Source: a virus
Taxonomy: Duplodnaviria > Caudoviricetes
DNA length: 52,837 nt
Virus record (IMG/VR): IMGVR_UViG_3300044213_000047
Coordinates: 1-52,837 of that record
Strand: one strand, 5' to 3'
The translations under genes were made by a program, and so were the position numbers. Shown here piece by piece: positions 1 through 9,290 of this stretch (the first letter of the stretch is position 1; each line of letters starts with the position of its first letter). The notes beneath the pieces were generated by a model that saw only the letters and a list, made by a program, of their open reading frames with translations, was not told the DNA's origin and made no database searches.

Positions 1-19
1 CAAGTCTTTTTTCTTGCAA

Positions 20-355
20 TCAGTCGGTGAACCAGAGGTCTTTGCCATCTGAAAATGCTCCATCAGGGGTTTCATCAGTGATAGGTGGCAGGTATAGGTT
101 CTCAGGGTTGAATTCGAACTCATCAGGATTGGCTTTTTGATGTATGGACTTCTGTTTTAGCTTACCACGCTCAATGAATGTCCAATTAGATGCTCGACCA
201 GCTTCAGTTTGAGCACGACGAGTGTTTGCTGCTGAGATTTTACGACGTGTACTTGGCTTGACCACTCGTGCTTTATTAGAGCAGACTTTTGAGCAGAACG
301 GACCACGTTTTTTATGAGTGGTGTCGCAAACAGGACAGGTTTTTTGCTTATACAT
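20..355 (-). CDS. hypothetical protein with N-terminal Cys-rich zinc-finger-like motif
   Basis: CPVC...FCSKVC; late-promoter-like CTAAATA upstream (391-397). Confidence 0.6.
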   Translation of the reverse strand: MYKQKTCPVCDTTHKKRGPFCSKVCSNKARVVKPSTRRKISAANTRRAQTEAGRASNWTFIERGKLKQKSIHQKANPDEFEFNPENLYLPPITDETPDGAFSDGKDLWFTD

Positions 356-439
356 TATTGGTTTTCTGAAACGGTAGAACAGACTTCACATATTTAGAGT
401 CCGTCCGTTTTCCTTCCACACACCCCACCTAAATATACA

Positions 440-589
440 TCACCAGTGCCGTATGACTCCAGCGATAATAAATCCGTTAGTTATCATATACACTAATACA
501 ATGGCAGTTCTTACTAAGGCAATTCGATCTGATTCACCATCACTTTTACCTGATTTCTCACCTAACGCTTTAGCCCACAGACGCCACAT
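440..589 (-). CDS. small membrane protein (MWRLWAKALGEK...), absent from ORF track
   Basis: Hand-translated 49-aa ORF with one hydrophobic helix; resembles small conserved proteins of aquatic T4-like phages. Confidence 0.6.
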   Translation of the reverse strand: MWRLWAKALGEKSGKSDGESDRIALVRTAIVLVYMITNGFIIAGVIRHW

Positions 590-685
590 TTCTAATCTTC
601 CTCATATACCCTCGAAAGATAGTCTTTGGATCAGGGACAATGATCCACTCGTATCCCTCAGGAATATGCTTTGGTGCTTTGTAAT

Positions 686-892
686 TCATAGTTCGATTCC
701 TTTGATTGAAACCTTTCCTAAGGCATTGATCAGATGATGGACTGCTCGTTTATCTATGGACAGGTAGATGGGTGAGTCGAAGTTGTTATCGTAGGTGTGT
801 AGGTGTAGCTTTATGATCGCTTCCTCTTCGATAATGGAAATATAAGGTTTTCCGTTTGGTTGATTGATTGTGTGTACTTTATCCATGAACAA
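686..892 (-). CDS. hypothetical protein
   Basis: ORF within co-directional packed run. Confidence 0.5.
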   Translation of the reverse strand: MFMDKVHTINQPNGKPYISIIEEEAIIKLHLHTYDNNFDSPIYLSIDKRAVHHLINALGKVSIKGIEL

Positions 893-988
893 ATAGGTAA
901 ATTATGATGCCCAGAATGCAAAAGATTGGAATGTAATCTTTGGCTGTGGGCTTATCGTTGGTTGTTTTGGGTGGGGTGGGTTTAAGCA

Positions 989-1270
989 TTATTCTTCGTT
1001 TGCAGTCCAGTGCTTACCGCAGTCTGGACAATTGTGATCAAACCACTCAATGTATTCCATAGCTCCCTCTCCTGCGTAGGATGGAGTAGTAACAACATTG
1101 GTGTGTGGACACTTGTCTTGTTTCTCCCAGCGTTGCAAGCAGTGGCTACATGTCCACATGCCTGCTTCCTCTGGAATTGGATAGCGTTCCTCTGTGTATG
1201 GTTGTTCACAGAAGTCACAGTGGTCTGGAATGCCACCACGCAGTTCAGCAATCATTTCTAATGTGTTCAT
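989..1270 (-). CDS. hypothetical Cys-rich protein
   Basis: CxxC pairs; overlaps neighbour by 4 nt. Confidence 0.55.
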   Translation of the reverse strand: MNTLEMIAELRGGIPDHCDFCEQPYTEERYPIPEEAGMWTCSHCLQRWEKQDKCPHTNVVTTPSYAGEGAMEYIEWFDHNCPDCGKHWTANEE

Positions 1271-1596
1271 TTTATTGGATAGTTCCTCTTCTTCACAAAT
1301 TCATCATGTTCTTCTTGTGTGGCAATCTGGTAGTTTTTGTCTTCATCCATCCAGCGACCCACCTCAGCCAGTGCTTTGTGTTGCAGTGGATTGCCCCATT
1401 GGTCGGTTTCGGTTGCCCAGTGAGTCACACACCAGTCAGAAATACAGGTGTCGGGATTCAGGTCGGGAGCAGCAACATTCTGAATCATCTTACCGCACCA
1501 GTATGGATAGTAGGATTTCAGAATTTGATCAGTAGACCATGTCTCTTGCACGTGTTGTCCATGCTCTCCAGGAAAAGAAATTGTGTAATACTTCAT
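1267..1596 (-). CDS. hypothetical protein
   Basis: ATGA overlap coupling to upstream gene. Confidence 0.6.
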   Translation of the reverse strand: MKYYTISFPGEHGQHVQETWSTDQILKSYYPYWCGKMIQNVAAPDLNPDTCISDWCVTHWATETDQWGNPLQHKALAEVGRWMDEDKNYQIATQEEHDEFVKKRNYPIK

Positions 1597-1859
1597 ACAG
1601 TTACTTTCAGTTGATTCAGTGCTGCGTCAATGCGCTCATGACATTGCTTCACAGCTTCATTTGGATTTAGATGACCGAACTCACTGGACACATCAAACTG
1701 TGTTCCAGTGGTGTTGGTGTTCATTTCCACTTTGCAATACCAACCCTTGTCCAGATAGGACAGACGTGGACGACCATATCGAATCAGAAAGGTCAGGTGC
1801 TCATCCAGTGGCAGGTCATACACTCTGGTGGCTTCTGGTTGTTTGAACAGTGTAAGCAT
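1593..1859 (-). CDS. hypothetical protein
   Basis: Coupled ORF. Confidence 0.6.
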   Translation of the reverse strand: MLTLFKQPEATRVYDLPLDEHLTFLIRYGRPRLSYLDKGWYCKVEMNTNTTGTQFDVSSEFGHLNPNEAVKQCHERIDAALNQLKVTV

Positions 1860-2356
1860 TATTTGTTTGCTGGTGTAAATTGTGGATCCAGTGGTACCAC
1901 CTTCACAGGTCCAAATTTCAGTGGGAATTTTGGAATTGGCAGGGTTTCTGGGTCGACCATCTGAGTCATGTCATAGGCAATAGTCAGGTGTGGTTTATAC
2001 ACAGGATAATCTGATGTGGCTCCCTCCTCGGTCAGCTTAGCATTCAGAAATTCTGCCCAGATAAACTTCAGTCGCATCACCAGACAGTGTCCATCGTTCT
2101 TGGTGGGGAAAACCTCATAGCCAGTGACGAATGCTTCTGTCTCTGTGGTCAAACCCTCAGCCGACTCTGCTGATGGAACAGGTGTGCGAGAGTAGATAAT
2201 TGTAATGTGATAGGTGCTTGGATCAACACGCTCGGTCAATCCCAGATTCATCTGAACAAAGTTATCTAACAGAGCACGTGACTCTGGTCGCAGATCCATG
2301 GACACATAGGTTCCATCCTTGTGCTTTGCGTATTGTTTTAATGTTGCAATCACCAC
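1859..2356 (-). CDS. acb1: 2H phosphoesterase, T4 gp57B/anti-CBASS Acb1-like
   Basis: Two HxT motifs (YHITIIYSR, YKPHLTIAYD) and GTYV...GATSDY pattern as in T4 57B. Confidence 0.8.
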   Translation of the reverse strand: MVIATLKQYAKHKDGTYVSMDLRPESRALLDNFVQMNLGLTERVDPSTYHITIIYSRTPVPSAESAEGLTTETEAFVTGYEVFPTKNDGHCLVMRLKFIWAEFLNAKLTEEGATSDYPVYKPHLTIAYDMTQMVDPETLPIPKFPLKFGPVKVVPLDPQFTPANK

Positions 2357-2553
2357 AGCTCCAAATCGGTAATGTCGATTTGTGTGTCTGGCTCATCTGA
2401 GTCCACATCGAACAGGTTTATATAAACTCTCATTGTTGGACCGATGCCTGATTCATGGGTCTCGCGAATTGAGTAGAAACTAATGTTGGGAAACGCTTTG
2501 TGAATTTCAACCAGCTTAGTCATTTGTTTGTTTGACAGAATAACTTCATTCAT
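2350..2553 (-). CDS. hypothetical protein
   Basis: SGIGP...IDITD pattern; coupled ORF. Confidence 0.55.
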   Translation of the reverse strand: MNEVILSNKQMTKLVEIHKAFPNISFYSIRETHESGIGPTMRVYINLFDVDSDEPDTQIDITDLELW

Positions 2554-2832
2554 GGTGTACTTCCATTTCTTGTATAATCAGGTGTGCGAATTTCTGGCAG
2601 AATAGATGAAACCACAGGTCATCAATCAGTTCTTCTGGTGCTCCAGCTGCCAATACCAACTCACGTAGTGCTTCGTTCATTACTGCTCCAAATAATTGCA
2701 TCATTTTCATTACTGAACGCAGGAGATACCTGCTTGTCTTTCGAGTCTACCCAAAAGTAGATATAGTCAGGCGACTCAGGATCACGATATTTGATCAGAG
2801 TAATTGCCTTTGGTTTGATACCCAACAGGGTT

Positions 2833-3054
2833 TTAATTTTGTCTAGCATTCTTTTCTATCCTATCAACACGTGCCCGTAGCACATTTACGCTTTCTGTTA
2901 ATTCTTGTATAGACTTGACAATGGCCACACGCATCTGATGCTCAAACAAGTCCTTATCGACTGCGAACATTTCTTCCTCGTCGTCAAGTTCTTGCATTGC
3001 CACCTCTTTCATCGCAATCATTGAAGTAATTTGTTTCTTGCGCCAGCCTGTCAT
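2833..3054 (-). CDS. hypothetical protein
   Basis: Coupled ORF. Confidence 0.55.
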   Translation of the reverse strand: MTGWRKKQITSMIAMKEVAMQELDDEEEMFAVDKDLFEHQMRVAIVKSIQELTESVNVLRARVDRIEKNARQN

Positions 3055-3470
3055 TCCAACTCCTTCACTTCAAAAATATAGTGACCACCACGACGAGATT
3101 GAACCCAAGTTAAATGCCACAACATATCAGCCTGTTGCATTGCACGAATAACTGCTTCATTGCCACTCCAACCAGCAGTGGACATATGAATACGATAGAC
3201 TTGCTCGCCTTGCTTATACTCATGTGCTTCTAAACCCTCAGACCAACCCCAAGAATGCAGATACCAGATAGAGTTGATAAACTTAAACCAACCCTGAATG
3301 TCATCCCAGTGCCACTTCTCAATAATCTCAAGGGCACCATCAGTGGGATAACCATCCTCATCGAGCAGTTCATCCTCCGCTAGGATTTCCTGAATCCGTG
3401 CCTTGTTGCGTGCTATCTTCTGGTCGTACTCCACTCTCCACTGTTCCTGTTGTTCCTTCGTTATTGCCAT
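3051..3470 (-). CDS. conserved phage hypothetical protein
   Basis: STAGWSGNE...SRRGGHY motif. Confidence 0.65.
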   Translation of the reverse strand: MAITKEQQEQWRVEYDQKIARNKARIQEILAEDELLDEDGYPTDGALEIIEKWHWDDIQGWFKFINSIWYLHSWGWSEGLEAHEYKQGEQVYRIHMSTAGWSGNEAVIRAMQQADMLWHLTWVQSRRGGHYIFEVKELE

Positions 3471-3688
3471 TATCAGTTCCTAATTCTTCAGCTTGAGCAG
3501 TGGTCATACCACGACCAATGTTTTGATATAAAAATGCCAGTGGATCACTCACTTAAAGAAACCCTTGATCCACTGCCACAGATTGTAGTAGCGACGCTGA
3601 TACTGCTCATGATAGTATGTATCATTGGGACAGTAACGACCTTGTTTACACATGTTATCACAACAGTATCGTTTTCTCATATAACTCC

Positions 3689-4159
3689 TCACCAGCTAGA
3701 CTGGTAGTAAAAATCAGATTTAACAAACGCAGGGTCAGCAAGAATCTTATCAATGCGAGTCACAGTGTACTCAAGATCCTGCTTATACCCGTCATCGTAG
3801 TCAGTGCCACCGAAGAAAAATCCATTCTGTGTAGGTAGCAACTCACTTGCTTTACTTAGGTCAGAGAGAACTGTTTTACACGTTTCTCGCAACTGTTCAA
3901 GCTGATCGCGACCAACATAATACTCACGACAATTGTCCTCACCATCCTGACAGTTCTCAACGAACCACTGGTGAATCGCATTGGCTTTACGCCAGTAGGC
4001 AACTCGAAAGGTTACTTCCTGCGCACCATAGTCGCCATCCTCATCACCCTCAACACCAAAGATTTCGTTGATGTTTTGAATACGACCAGAGTCTTTCTCA
4101 TCGAAATACTTGCTCATATAACGCTTGCTAGACAGATACATATCGAGACCCATAATCAC
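3689..4159 (-). CDS. conserved phage hypothetical protein
   Basis: MGLDMYL...YWRKANAIHQWF...YYQSSW family pattern. Confidence 0.75.
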   Translation of the reverse strand: MIMGLDMYLSSKRYMSKYFDEKDSGRIQNINEIFGVEGDEDGDYGAQEVTFRVAYWRKANAIHQWFVENCQDGEDNCREYYVGRDQLEQLRETCKTVLSDLSKASELLPTQNGFFFGGTDYDDGYKQDLEYTVTRIDKILADPAFVKSDFYYQSSW

Positions 4160-4162
4160 TCC

Positions 4163-4372
4163 TTAAACTTCTTCAACAGTCACACGGTAATGTTTACCGT
4201 TCTTATCAACAACAGTCATGGTCTTCTTGGTAGAGAGAAACTCACCATTGGTACCAAGATCCCACATAGTTTTACCAACGCTGTCCACATAGGTGCGCAT
4301 TTTCGTAGCATCCTGTTTCAGACTATCGCTGATAACCTTCGCAATGTAATCACAGTATGCTAACATAATCAA
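4163..4372 (-). CDS. hypothetical protein
   Basis: Coupled ORF. Confidence 0.55.
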   Translation of the reverse strand: MIMLAYCDYIAKVISDSLKQDATKMRTYVDSVGKTMWDLGTNGEFLSTKKTMTVVDKNGKHYRVTVEEV

Positions 4373-4602
4373 TACTCCTTCTTACCACCAAATTGTTCAT
4401 TAAACTCATAACCAGCATTGTATGCTGTAATGTCAGCAGGGTTTGTAGCAACGATACGAGGACCAGAGTCACCACCAACACCACCACGATGGGGGTTTGG
4501 TTCACGACCGTAGTAGCTATCAGCTGAACCACGATCAAAGTAAGATCCGTGACTCATATCGTATTTGCTCTCAACCAGAGCACGTGCTTCAGTGTAATTC
4601 AT
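4369..4602 (-). CDS. conserved phage hypothetical protein
   Basis: HGSYFDRGSADSYYGR motif; start trimmed to MNYTE. Confidence 0.65.
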   Translation of the reverse strand: MNYTEARALVESKYDMSHGSYFDRGSADSYYGREPNPHRGGVGGDSGPRIVATNPADITAYNAGYEFNEQFGGKKEY

Positions 4603-4761
4603 AACCAATCCTTTCATTCCAACGCTGTTCAACGATCTCGTGAACAAAATCAACATCACAACCGAGCTCATCGGCAATTTCTTGACAGGACATGTAGTTC
4701 ATACCGATACAAATATCCAGCATGTAGTTAATGTCCTCCCAGAGTTCTTTGACCGCACCCA

Positions 4762-4947
4762 TCAGAAATTCTCCCGAAGAAGAGCAATGAGTTCATCAGC
4801 ATCCATACTCAATTCTCTGGCAAGGTAATCTACGTCAGAGAGGGAAAGGTCAGCATAGTTCTCTTGACCCATCTCATCTTGAAACCGATCTACGTACTCG
4901 AGAACATCAACAATAAATTCAGCTTCAGCTGTCGCATTGTAACTCAT
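4762..4947 (-). CDS. hypothetical acidic protein
   Basis: Coupled ORF. Confidence 0.5.
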   Translation of the reverse strand: MSYNATAEAEFIVDVLEYVDRFQDEMGQENYADLSLSDVDYLARELSMDADELIALLRENF

Positions 4948-5110
4948 TATTTTGAACCTTTCATAGCAGTTACGCCAGAGTACACAATAAACAAACCAAC
5001 AGCAGCAATAACCAAAACGGTAGGAAGCTGAGCATCAGTTGCAGTATCAAGACCGCCAGCAGCACCAAAAACAACAAGTAGACCCAAGATAGCACGAATA
5101 GAACCTTTCA
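4947..5110 (-). CDS. small membrane protein
   Basis: Two hydrophobic segments; AAGGA SD downstream of promoter; start approximate. Confidence 0.55.
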
Positions 5111-5141
5111 TAATCATTTCCTTTTCAATCATCATAAGACT

Positions 5142-5170
5142 ATTATACGCCAATTTTGAATTATTGTAAA
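5142..5170 (-). promoter_or_regulatory. sigma70-type early promoter
   Basis: TTTACA-17-TATAAT. Confidence 0.75.
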
Positions 5171-5202
5171 GCACTTTCTTAAAGACCCTACGGTCAGTAG
5201 GG

Positions 5203-5466
5203 TTATCTTGAGAGATTCAACACACGACCAGCGTATTCCATGAAAGAAACCTCATGAGGAACGAAAACGATTTTACCAACACGACCACCTTCGTCACCAC
5301 CGAAGTAGTCTTTGGTCACTGTGATTTTGTAAGCAGAGTAACCCATTTCGTTGTTGTTTGCTTGTTCAACAACACCCTCAACGAAGCAGTCTTCACGACC
5401 AATCATAGGTTTGAAGTCATAGGCACGAATCACATCACCAACAGAAGCAAGACCAGCGTTTCTCAT
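5203..5466 (-). CDS. hypothetical protein
   Basis: VGDVIRAYDF motif; SD AAGGA; start trimmed to MRNAG. Confidence 0.6.
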   Translation of the reverse strand: MRNAGLASVGDVIRAYDFKPMIGREDCFVEGVVEQANNNEMGYSAYKITVTKDYFGGDEGGRVGKIVFVPHEVSFMEYAGRVLNLSR

Positions 5467-5497
5467 AATAATTTCCTTTTCGATCATCATAATAGTT

Positions 5498-5526
5498 ATT
5501 ATGCCTGAATTCAGGATTATTGTCAA
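5498..5526 (-). promoter_or_regulatory. sigma70-type early promoter
   Basis: TTGACA-17-CATAAT; leader nearly identical to that at 5110-5140. Confidence 0.75.
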
Positions 5527-5584
5527 GGACTTTTTCACTTATTTTTCGTCTAAAAACCCATTAAAAATCAACGACTTACAAACG

Positions 5585-5609
5585 AAAAACCCTCCATTTT
5601 GGAGGGTTA
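5585..5609 (-). terminator. intrinsic terminator
   Basis: AACCCTCC-loop-GGAGGGTT followed by T-run on minus strand. Confidence 0.6.
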
Positions 5610-5648
5610 TTAGGGGTTACCCCTTAAAAACGCACTGCATGTGTTATT

Positions 5649-5879
5649 TTATGGCTCAGAAACCTCTTTGCCTGCATCGATGACGTTCCATGCACGCTCA
5701 TGCACGTAGTACAGAACAGAGTTTACGACAAGAGCGAAAGACACAACTCCAAGTCCAACTGTCCATGAACCTGATGCCAACCATCCACCAATAAAGTTTG
5801 TAATTGTTACTAGGATGCGCCAAGTGACAACTTTACCAAGTGAACGCATTGCTTTCTCATAAAATTTTGTGTGAATCAT
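5649..5879 (-). CDS. DUF2061-like small membrane protein
   Basis: RSLGKVVTWR...YYVHERAWN motif. Confidence 0.7.
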   Translation of the reverse strand: MIHTKFYEKAMRSLGKVVTWRILVTITNFIGGWLASGSWTVGLGVVSFALVVNSVLYYVHERAWNVIDAGKEVSEP

Positions 5880-5898
5880 TATGTTTCCTATTTTCGTG

Positions 5899-6306
5899 TT
5901 AATCATTCTTCTTCGTCTCTCTAGCAATTTCAGCATATCCACGATATGTTGGATGAATGCCATCAGGAGACATTTCCTTTGGTCGTTCAATGATAAAATC
6001 ACTGAACTCATTTGCGACATCTAAAACAGCCTGTCGTTCCTTTGGCTTACGAGTTGCTGATGGTAGAATCCAATAGACACGTCCATCAATTTCCTTACGC
6101 ATCTTACGCAAGTTGTCGTAAGTCTTACCATCCCAATCATTCGAACCGAGAGAGATGATAGTTGTGTTTGCTGGTTTGATTTGATTGATGTGTTTCTTGT
6201 TCCAATCAGTGGAGTTGATACCACTCTTAGCAATGGCAACACACTCAGTTCGTATCTGTGATACCCCAACTGCTATGCTATCACCAAGTATTAAACATTC
6301 AAGCAT
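5899..6306 (-). CDS. SGNH/GDSL hydrolase-like protein
   Basis: GDSI, LGSND, DGIHP blocks. Confidence 0.75.
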   Translation of the reverse strand: MLECLILGDSIAVGVSQIRTECVAIAKSGINSTDWNKKHINQIKPANTTIISLGSNDWDGKTYDNLRKMRKEIDGRVYWILPSATRKPKERQAVLDVANEFSDFIIERPKEMSPDGIHPTYRGYAEIARETKKND

Positions 6307-6589
6307 CTATCGTCCTCAATAATTTAACCATATCATCAGGTGCCACATAAGCACGTGCCACAATTGTTGTTGAAAAATCTATTGGATTTTTATATTGAGT
6401 GATCTCACACAACCTATTCTCCAACATTGCTTCAGCTAACCTTGCCACCATGGTAGATCGCATAGCTTGTCTTCCATCTTCATTAGAGAATCTGGAAACC
6501 ATTACCTGTTCATCAACTACAACCTTGGCAGTGATCATCTTACCACCAATCGCATAGTCCTTAAATTTTATATCAATCTGATCTATCAT
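6299..6589 (-). CDS. hypothetical protein
   Basis: Coupled ORF. Confidence 0.55.
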   Translation of the reverse strand: MIDQIDIKFKDYAIGGKMITAKVVVDEQVMVSRFSNEDGRQAMRSTMVARLAEAMLENRLCEITQYKNPIDFSTTIVARAYVAPDDMVKLLRTIDA

Positions 6590-6890
6590 TTAGTAGTCCG
6601 TTTCCGTGTCTTGCTCGAGACAGTTCCATTTCCTGATGTGCTCGCTTTTCTTGTATCGTCAGTTCGTGCCACATCTTTCTTGGGTTTCCGCACATTACGC
6701 ACTTCGGATTTCCGCACGCCACTGGACTTTTTTTGTGTAGCTCGTGGGGGTTGTCCACTGGAATTCCGTACTGTTTTGCTATCTTCACTTCCTTTCGCAC
6801 GTGGTTTTCTTTTTGTTGGATTCTTTTGCTGTGTTTTAGCTTTGCTCGCTCGTCCATTTGTTGTCTCCTCAAATTCAGAACCATCACCAA
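6573..6890 (-). CDS. hypothetical protein (CGNPKCVMCGNPR)
   Basis: Cys motif typical of small T4-like proteins; overlaps tail of 6586-7113 ORF in another frame. Confidence 0.55.
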   Translation of the reverse strand: MVMVLNLRRQQMDERAKLKHSKRIQQKENHVRKEVKIAKQYGIPVDNPHELHKKSPVACGNPKCVMCGNPRKMWHELTIQEKRAHQEMELSRARHGNGLLNDRSD

Positions 6891-7054
6891 AAAATCTTAA
6901 TTCATATTCTTCTTTGGTGCACTCGTAATAATCATAGGAATCCACATACTCAAGAGATTCAGTAAATCTGATTTGCGATCCCAGATTATAACCACGACAA
7001 GGAACAACGTGTTTAAATCCACCTTGCCACTTCACTTCCATCAGGAAGTATGAA

Positions 7055-7294
7055 TCATAGGGGACTTTCGTCGTCTCTTTCAATACCATCATATTCAATG
7101 CCGTACTCCTCACAGAATTTCTTCATCTTCATAATGTAAATATCAGCAGCAGCAATTTCATTGTCCCACTGTTCAATGGTATAGCTGTCACCACCACAAC
7201 CACAGTCGCAACCAAAGTGAACACCCATTCTATCAGGTGCCCACTTAGCTTGGTCATAGTCCATGAATAGGATTTCTAAATCAGATAGTTTCAT
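7055..7294 (-). CDS. hypothetical protein (GCDCGCGGD motif)
   Basis: Start trimmed to MKLSD. Confidence 0.5.
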   Translation of the reverse strand: MKLSDLEILFMDYDQAKWAPDRMGVHFGCDCGCGGDSYTIEQWDNEIAAADIYIMKMKKFCEEYGIEYDGIERDDESPL

Positions 7295-7409
7295 AGTCGT
7301 CTTTTCCGACACCACATTCAGGGCAAACAAATTCAGCAGGAAGATCTTCCCACTTACCTTCTAATTCTTCATCGTGGACATGTCCACATACTACGCATAC
7401 GTGTTCCAT
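7281..7409 (-). CDS. rubredoxin (42 aa), absent from ORF track
   Basis: MEHVCVVCGHVHD...WEDLPAEFVCPECGVGKDDY: two CxxC knuckles. Confidence 0.85.
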   Translation of the reverse strand: MEHVCVVCGHVHDEELEGKWEDLPAEFVCPECGVGKDDYETI

Positions 7410-7858
7410 TATAGTGTATCCTTTACCTGTTGATATGCTTCAGCATGACGTTGCTCAACTTTCTTCAATGCATTGAAACGCTTTTCTGCTTTAGCTAAAA
7501 TAGTTTTGAATTGTTCAGCATGTAGTTTAGATTCAGCTGTTTGTTCTTGCGCTTCTTGAGCAGCTTCTAACAAACCCTCACCTCTAGCTTCTGCTTCCAT
7601 CTGTGGATACATGTGAGTAAACTCGTGCGTTTCACCTTCAATCGCAAGCTCTAAACACTTACGTGTATCTGGTTTACCGATGAGTAATTCAAGATGCCCC
7701 CAAGCATGCAGGATTTCTTGATCAGCTGTATGTTCGAAGTGTTGAGCAACTTCTTCGAAACCTTCAGCACGTGCTAACTTAGCGAAATAACGATACTTGA
7801 TATGAGCCATTGATTCGCCAGCCAATGCGCTCTCAAGATTTTTAATTGTTAATGACAT
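7409..7858 (-). CDS. rubrerythrin (erythrin domain)
   Basis: NLESALAGESMAHIKYRYFA, ExxH diiron motifs. Confidence 0.9.
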   Translation of the reverse strand: MSLTIKNLESALAGESMAHIKYRYFAKLARAEGFEEVAQHFEHTADQEILHAWGHLELLIGKPDTRKCLELAIEGETHEFTHMYPQMEAEARGEGLLEAAQEAQEQTAESKLHAEQFKTILAKAEKRFNALKKVEQRHAEAYQQVKDTL

Positions 7859-7969
7859 ATTTCCCTTTAATCTTCATCTGAACATTCAGTATTTTTACAA
7901 TGTCTAACTGTCAGTCCGACAATTAGAATCATACCCAGAAACACAAAACCCAATAGGCAACTAATCATA

Positions 7970-8203
7970 TTAACCACCTCTACCTGCTGCACGCTTCATT
8001 GGTTTATTTGAAGAAATACTTCTAACCGCTTTCTTCACCAATGACGATGCTTCGCCACGACTAAACCCCTTACGCTCAAGTTCCTTACGAGACTTTTTCT
8101 TTGCTTTCTTTAACAATTTCTCAGCATGCCATTTTTGAGCAAAGGTAAGTTTCTCTGCGCCAGAGATTTCAACTTCAGGTTGCTCAATTGTTTCAGTGTT
8201 CAT
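7970..8203 (-). CDS. basic hypothetical protein
   Basis: ORF in run. Confidence 0.55.
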   Translation of the reverse strand: MNTETIEQPEVEISGAEKLTFAQKWHAEKLLKKAKKKSRKELERKGFSRGEASSLVKKAVRSISSNKPMKRAAGRGG

Positions 8204-8206
8204 AGT

Positions 8207-8551
8207 TTATCCTCTCAGAATATCAAATATCCAAATGTAAATAATAGCATGTGCCAACTGGTCTAGACCAAGATGGTTCCAGAATTGTGGTGTTGTGATA
8301 TCACGATTACCATAATTCATTTTGATCCAGTCGATGTGATAGTGTGTGATTCCATCAAGAATAGCAAGGAATAATGCCATCCAAGTGTTTGTGACCAGAA
8401 GTAAAATTGCTAGAGTGAATGCTGCGTGTTGTAGTGAATGGTAGATCCCATAAGGGTCACCATAAAGACCTTTGGACTTGACCATTTCGTCTGTTTGCAT
8501 GACGAAGTCAACATACCAATGCTTAACGAATAATAAAACAAGTAGAATCAT
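8207..8551 (-). CDS. DUF3307-like membrane protein
   Basis: KHWYVDF..QT, HYHIDW, GLDQLAH motifs. Confidence 0.75.
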   Translation of the reverse strand: MILLVLLFVKHWYVDFVMQTDEMVKSKGLYGDPYGIYHSLQHAAFTLAILLLVTNTWMALFLAILDGITHYHIDWIKMNYGNRDITTPQFWNHLGLDQLAHAIIYIWIFDILRG

Positions 8552-8575
8552 AATAAAAGTATACCTCTTACAATG

Positions 8576-9046
8576 TTATTTGTCAAATTTAATATTAAAC
8601 GCAATAGAGATACGATCTTGCAATGACATGTTTTCGTTAACCCAATGTGGGATACTTGCATCCCAATACAATAGATCGAAAGGTTTCGGCATAAATTCCT
8701 CGCCAGTTTCGAACTGTATGGTACCTGAGTTTTCAGGAACAACAAGATAAAAACAACCACCAATATCAGCACCAATATGACTGTGTTTAGAATTTATACA
8801 TCCAGGTGGAGAGTAGTTTACCCATATGTCTGGGATTGTGAATTTATCTGCTCGCTTTCTGGCAATTTCGCATATCTTTGATGTGAGTGGAAGGAAATCT
8901 CTGAAGTGTGGTTTGATTGTCCACTGAGCACCACGAGGATTACCTGTACCTCTACCCTCTGGTCTAACTTTCTTCATTGAATTGATCCAACTCAGCATAG
9001 GATCGAGAGGAATGTTAAGTGTTTCTTTCGTTATCAAAATGAACAT
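8576..9046 (-). CDS. putative 2OG-Fe(II) oxygenase (TIGR02466-like)
   Basis: WVN...HSH...GCFY...PHWV...RISIAFN. Confidence 0.75.
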   Translation of the reverse strand: MFILITKETLNIPLDPMLSWINSMKKVRPEGRGTGNPRGAQWTIKPHFRDFLPLTSKICEIARKRADKFTIPDIWVNYSPPGCINSKHSHIGADIGGCFYLVVPENSGTIQFETGEEFMPKPFDLLYWDASIPHWVNENMSLQDRISIAFNIKFDK

Positions 9047-9290
9047 CTTTCAAAATTGGATCATCAGGATGTTGTTCCTTCATATCCTTTAAGAATGAAA
9101 CTAGTTTATCAAGAACTGTGAACCCAACAACTTGTGGGATTATAGCATGGATCAGCATGGCGATTGACCATACGAACAATGATACAGAAAATTTAATTGC
9201 CCAGAACATGTGTTTAAAGTAGAACCATCTGCTACTTGACAGTCTAGAATACTTCTGGGCTTTTTCTAAATGGTCTTTATATAATTTCAT
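9015..9290 (-). CDS. small membrane-associated hypothetical protein
   Basis: YFKHM...LIHAIIP pattern. Confidence 0.55.
   Translation of the reverse strand: MKLYKDHLEKAQKYSRLSSSRWFYFKHMFWAIKFSVSLFVWSIAMLIHAIIPQVVGFTVLDKLVSFLKDMKEQHPDDPILKDVHFDNERNT

Noticed and set aside
6586-6890. Long basic C-terminal tail of ORF 6586-7113 as a designed overlapping gene
   Set aside because: Low-complexity tail likely results from a lost stop running over the neighbouring gene; no motif support.
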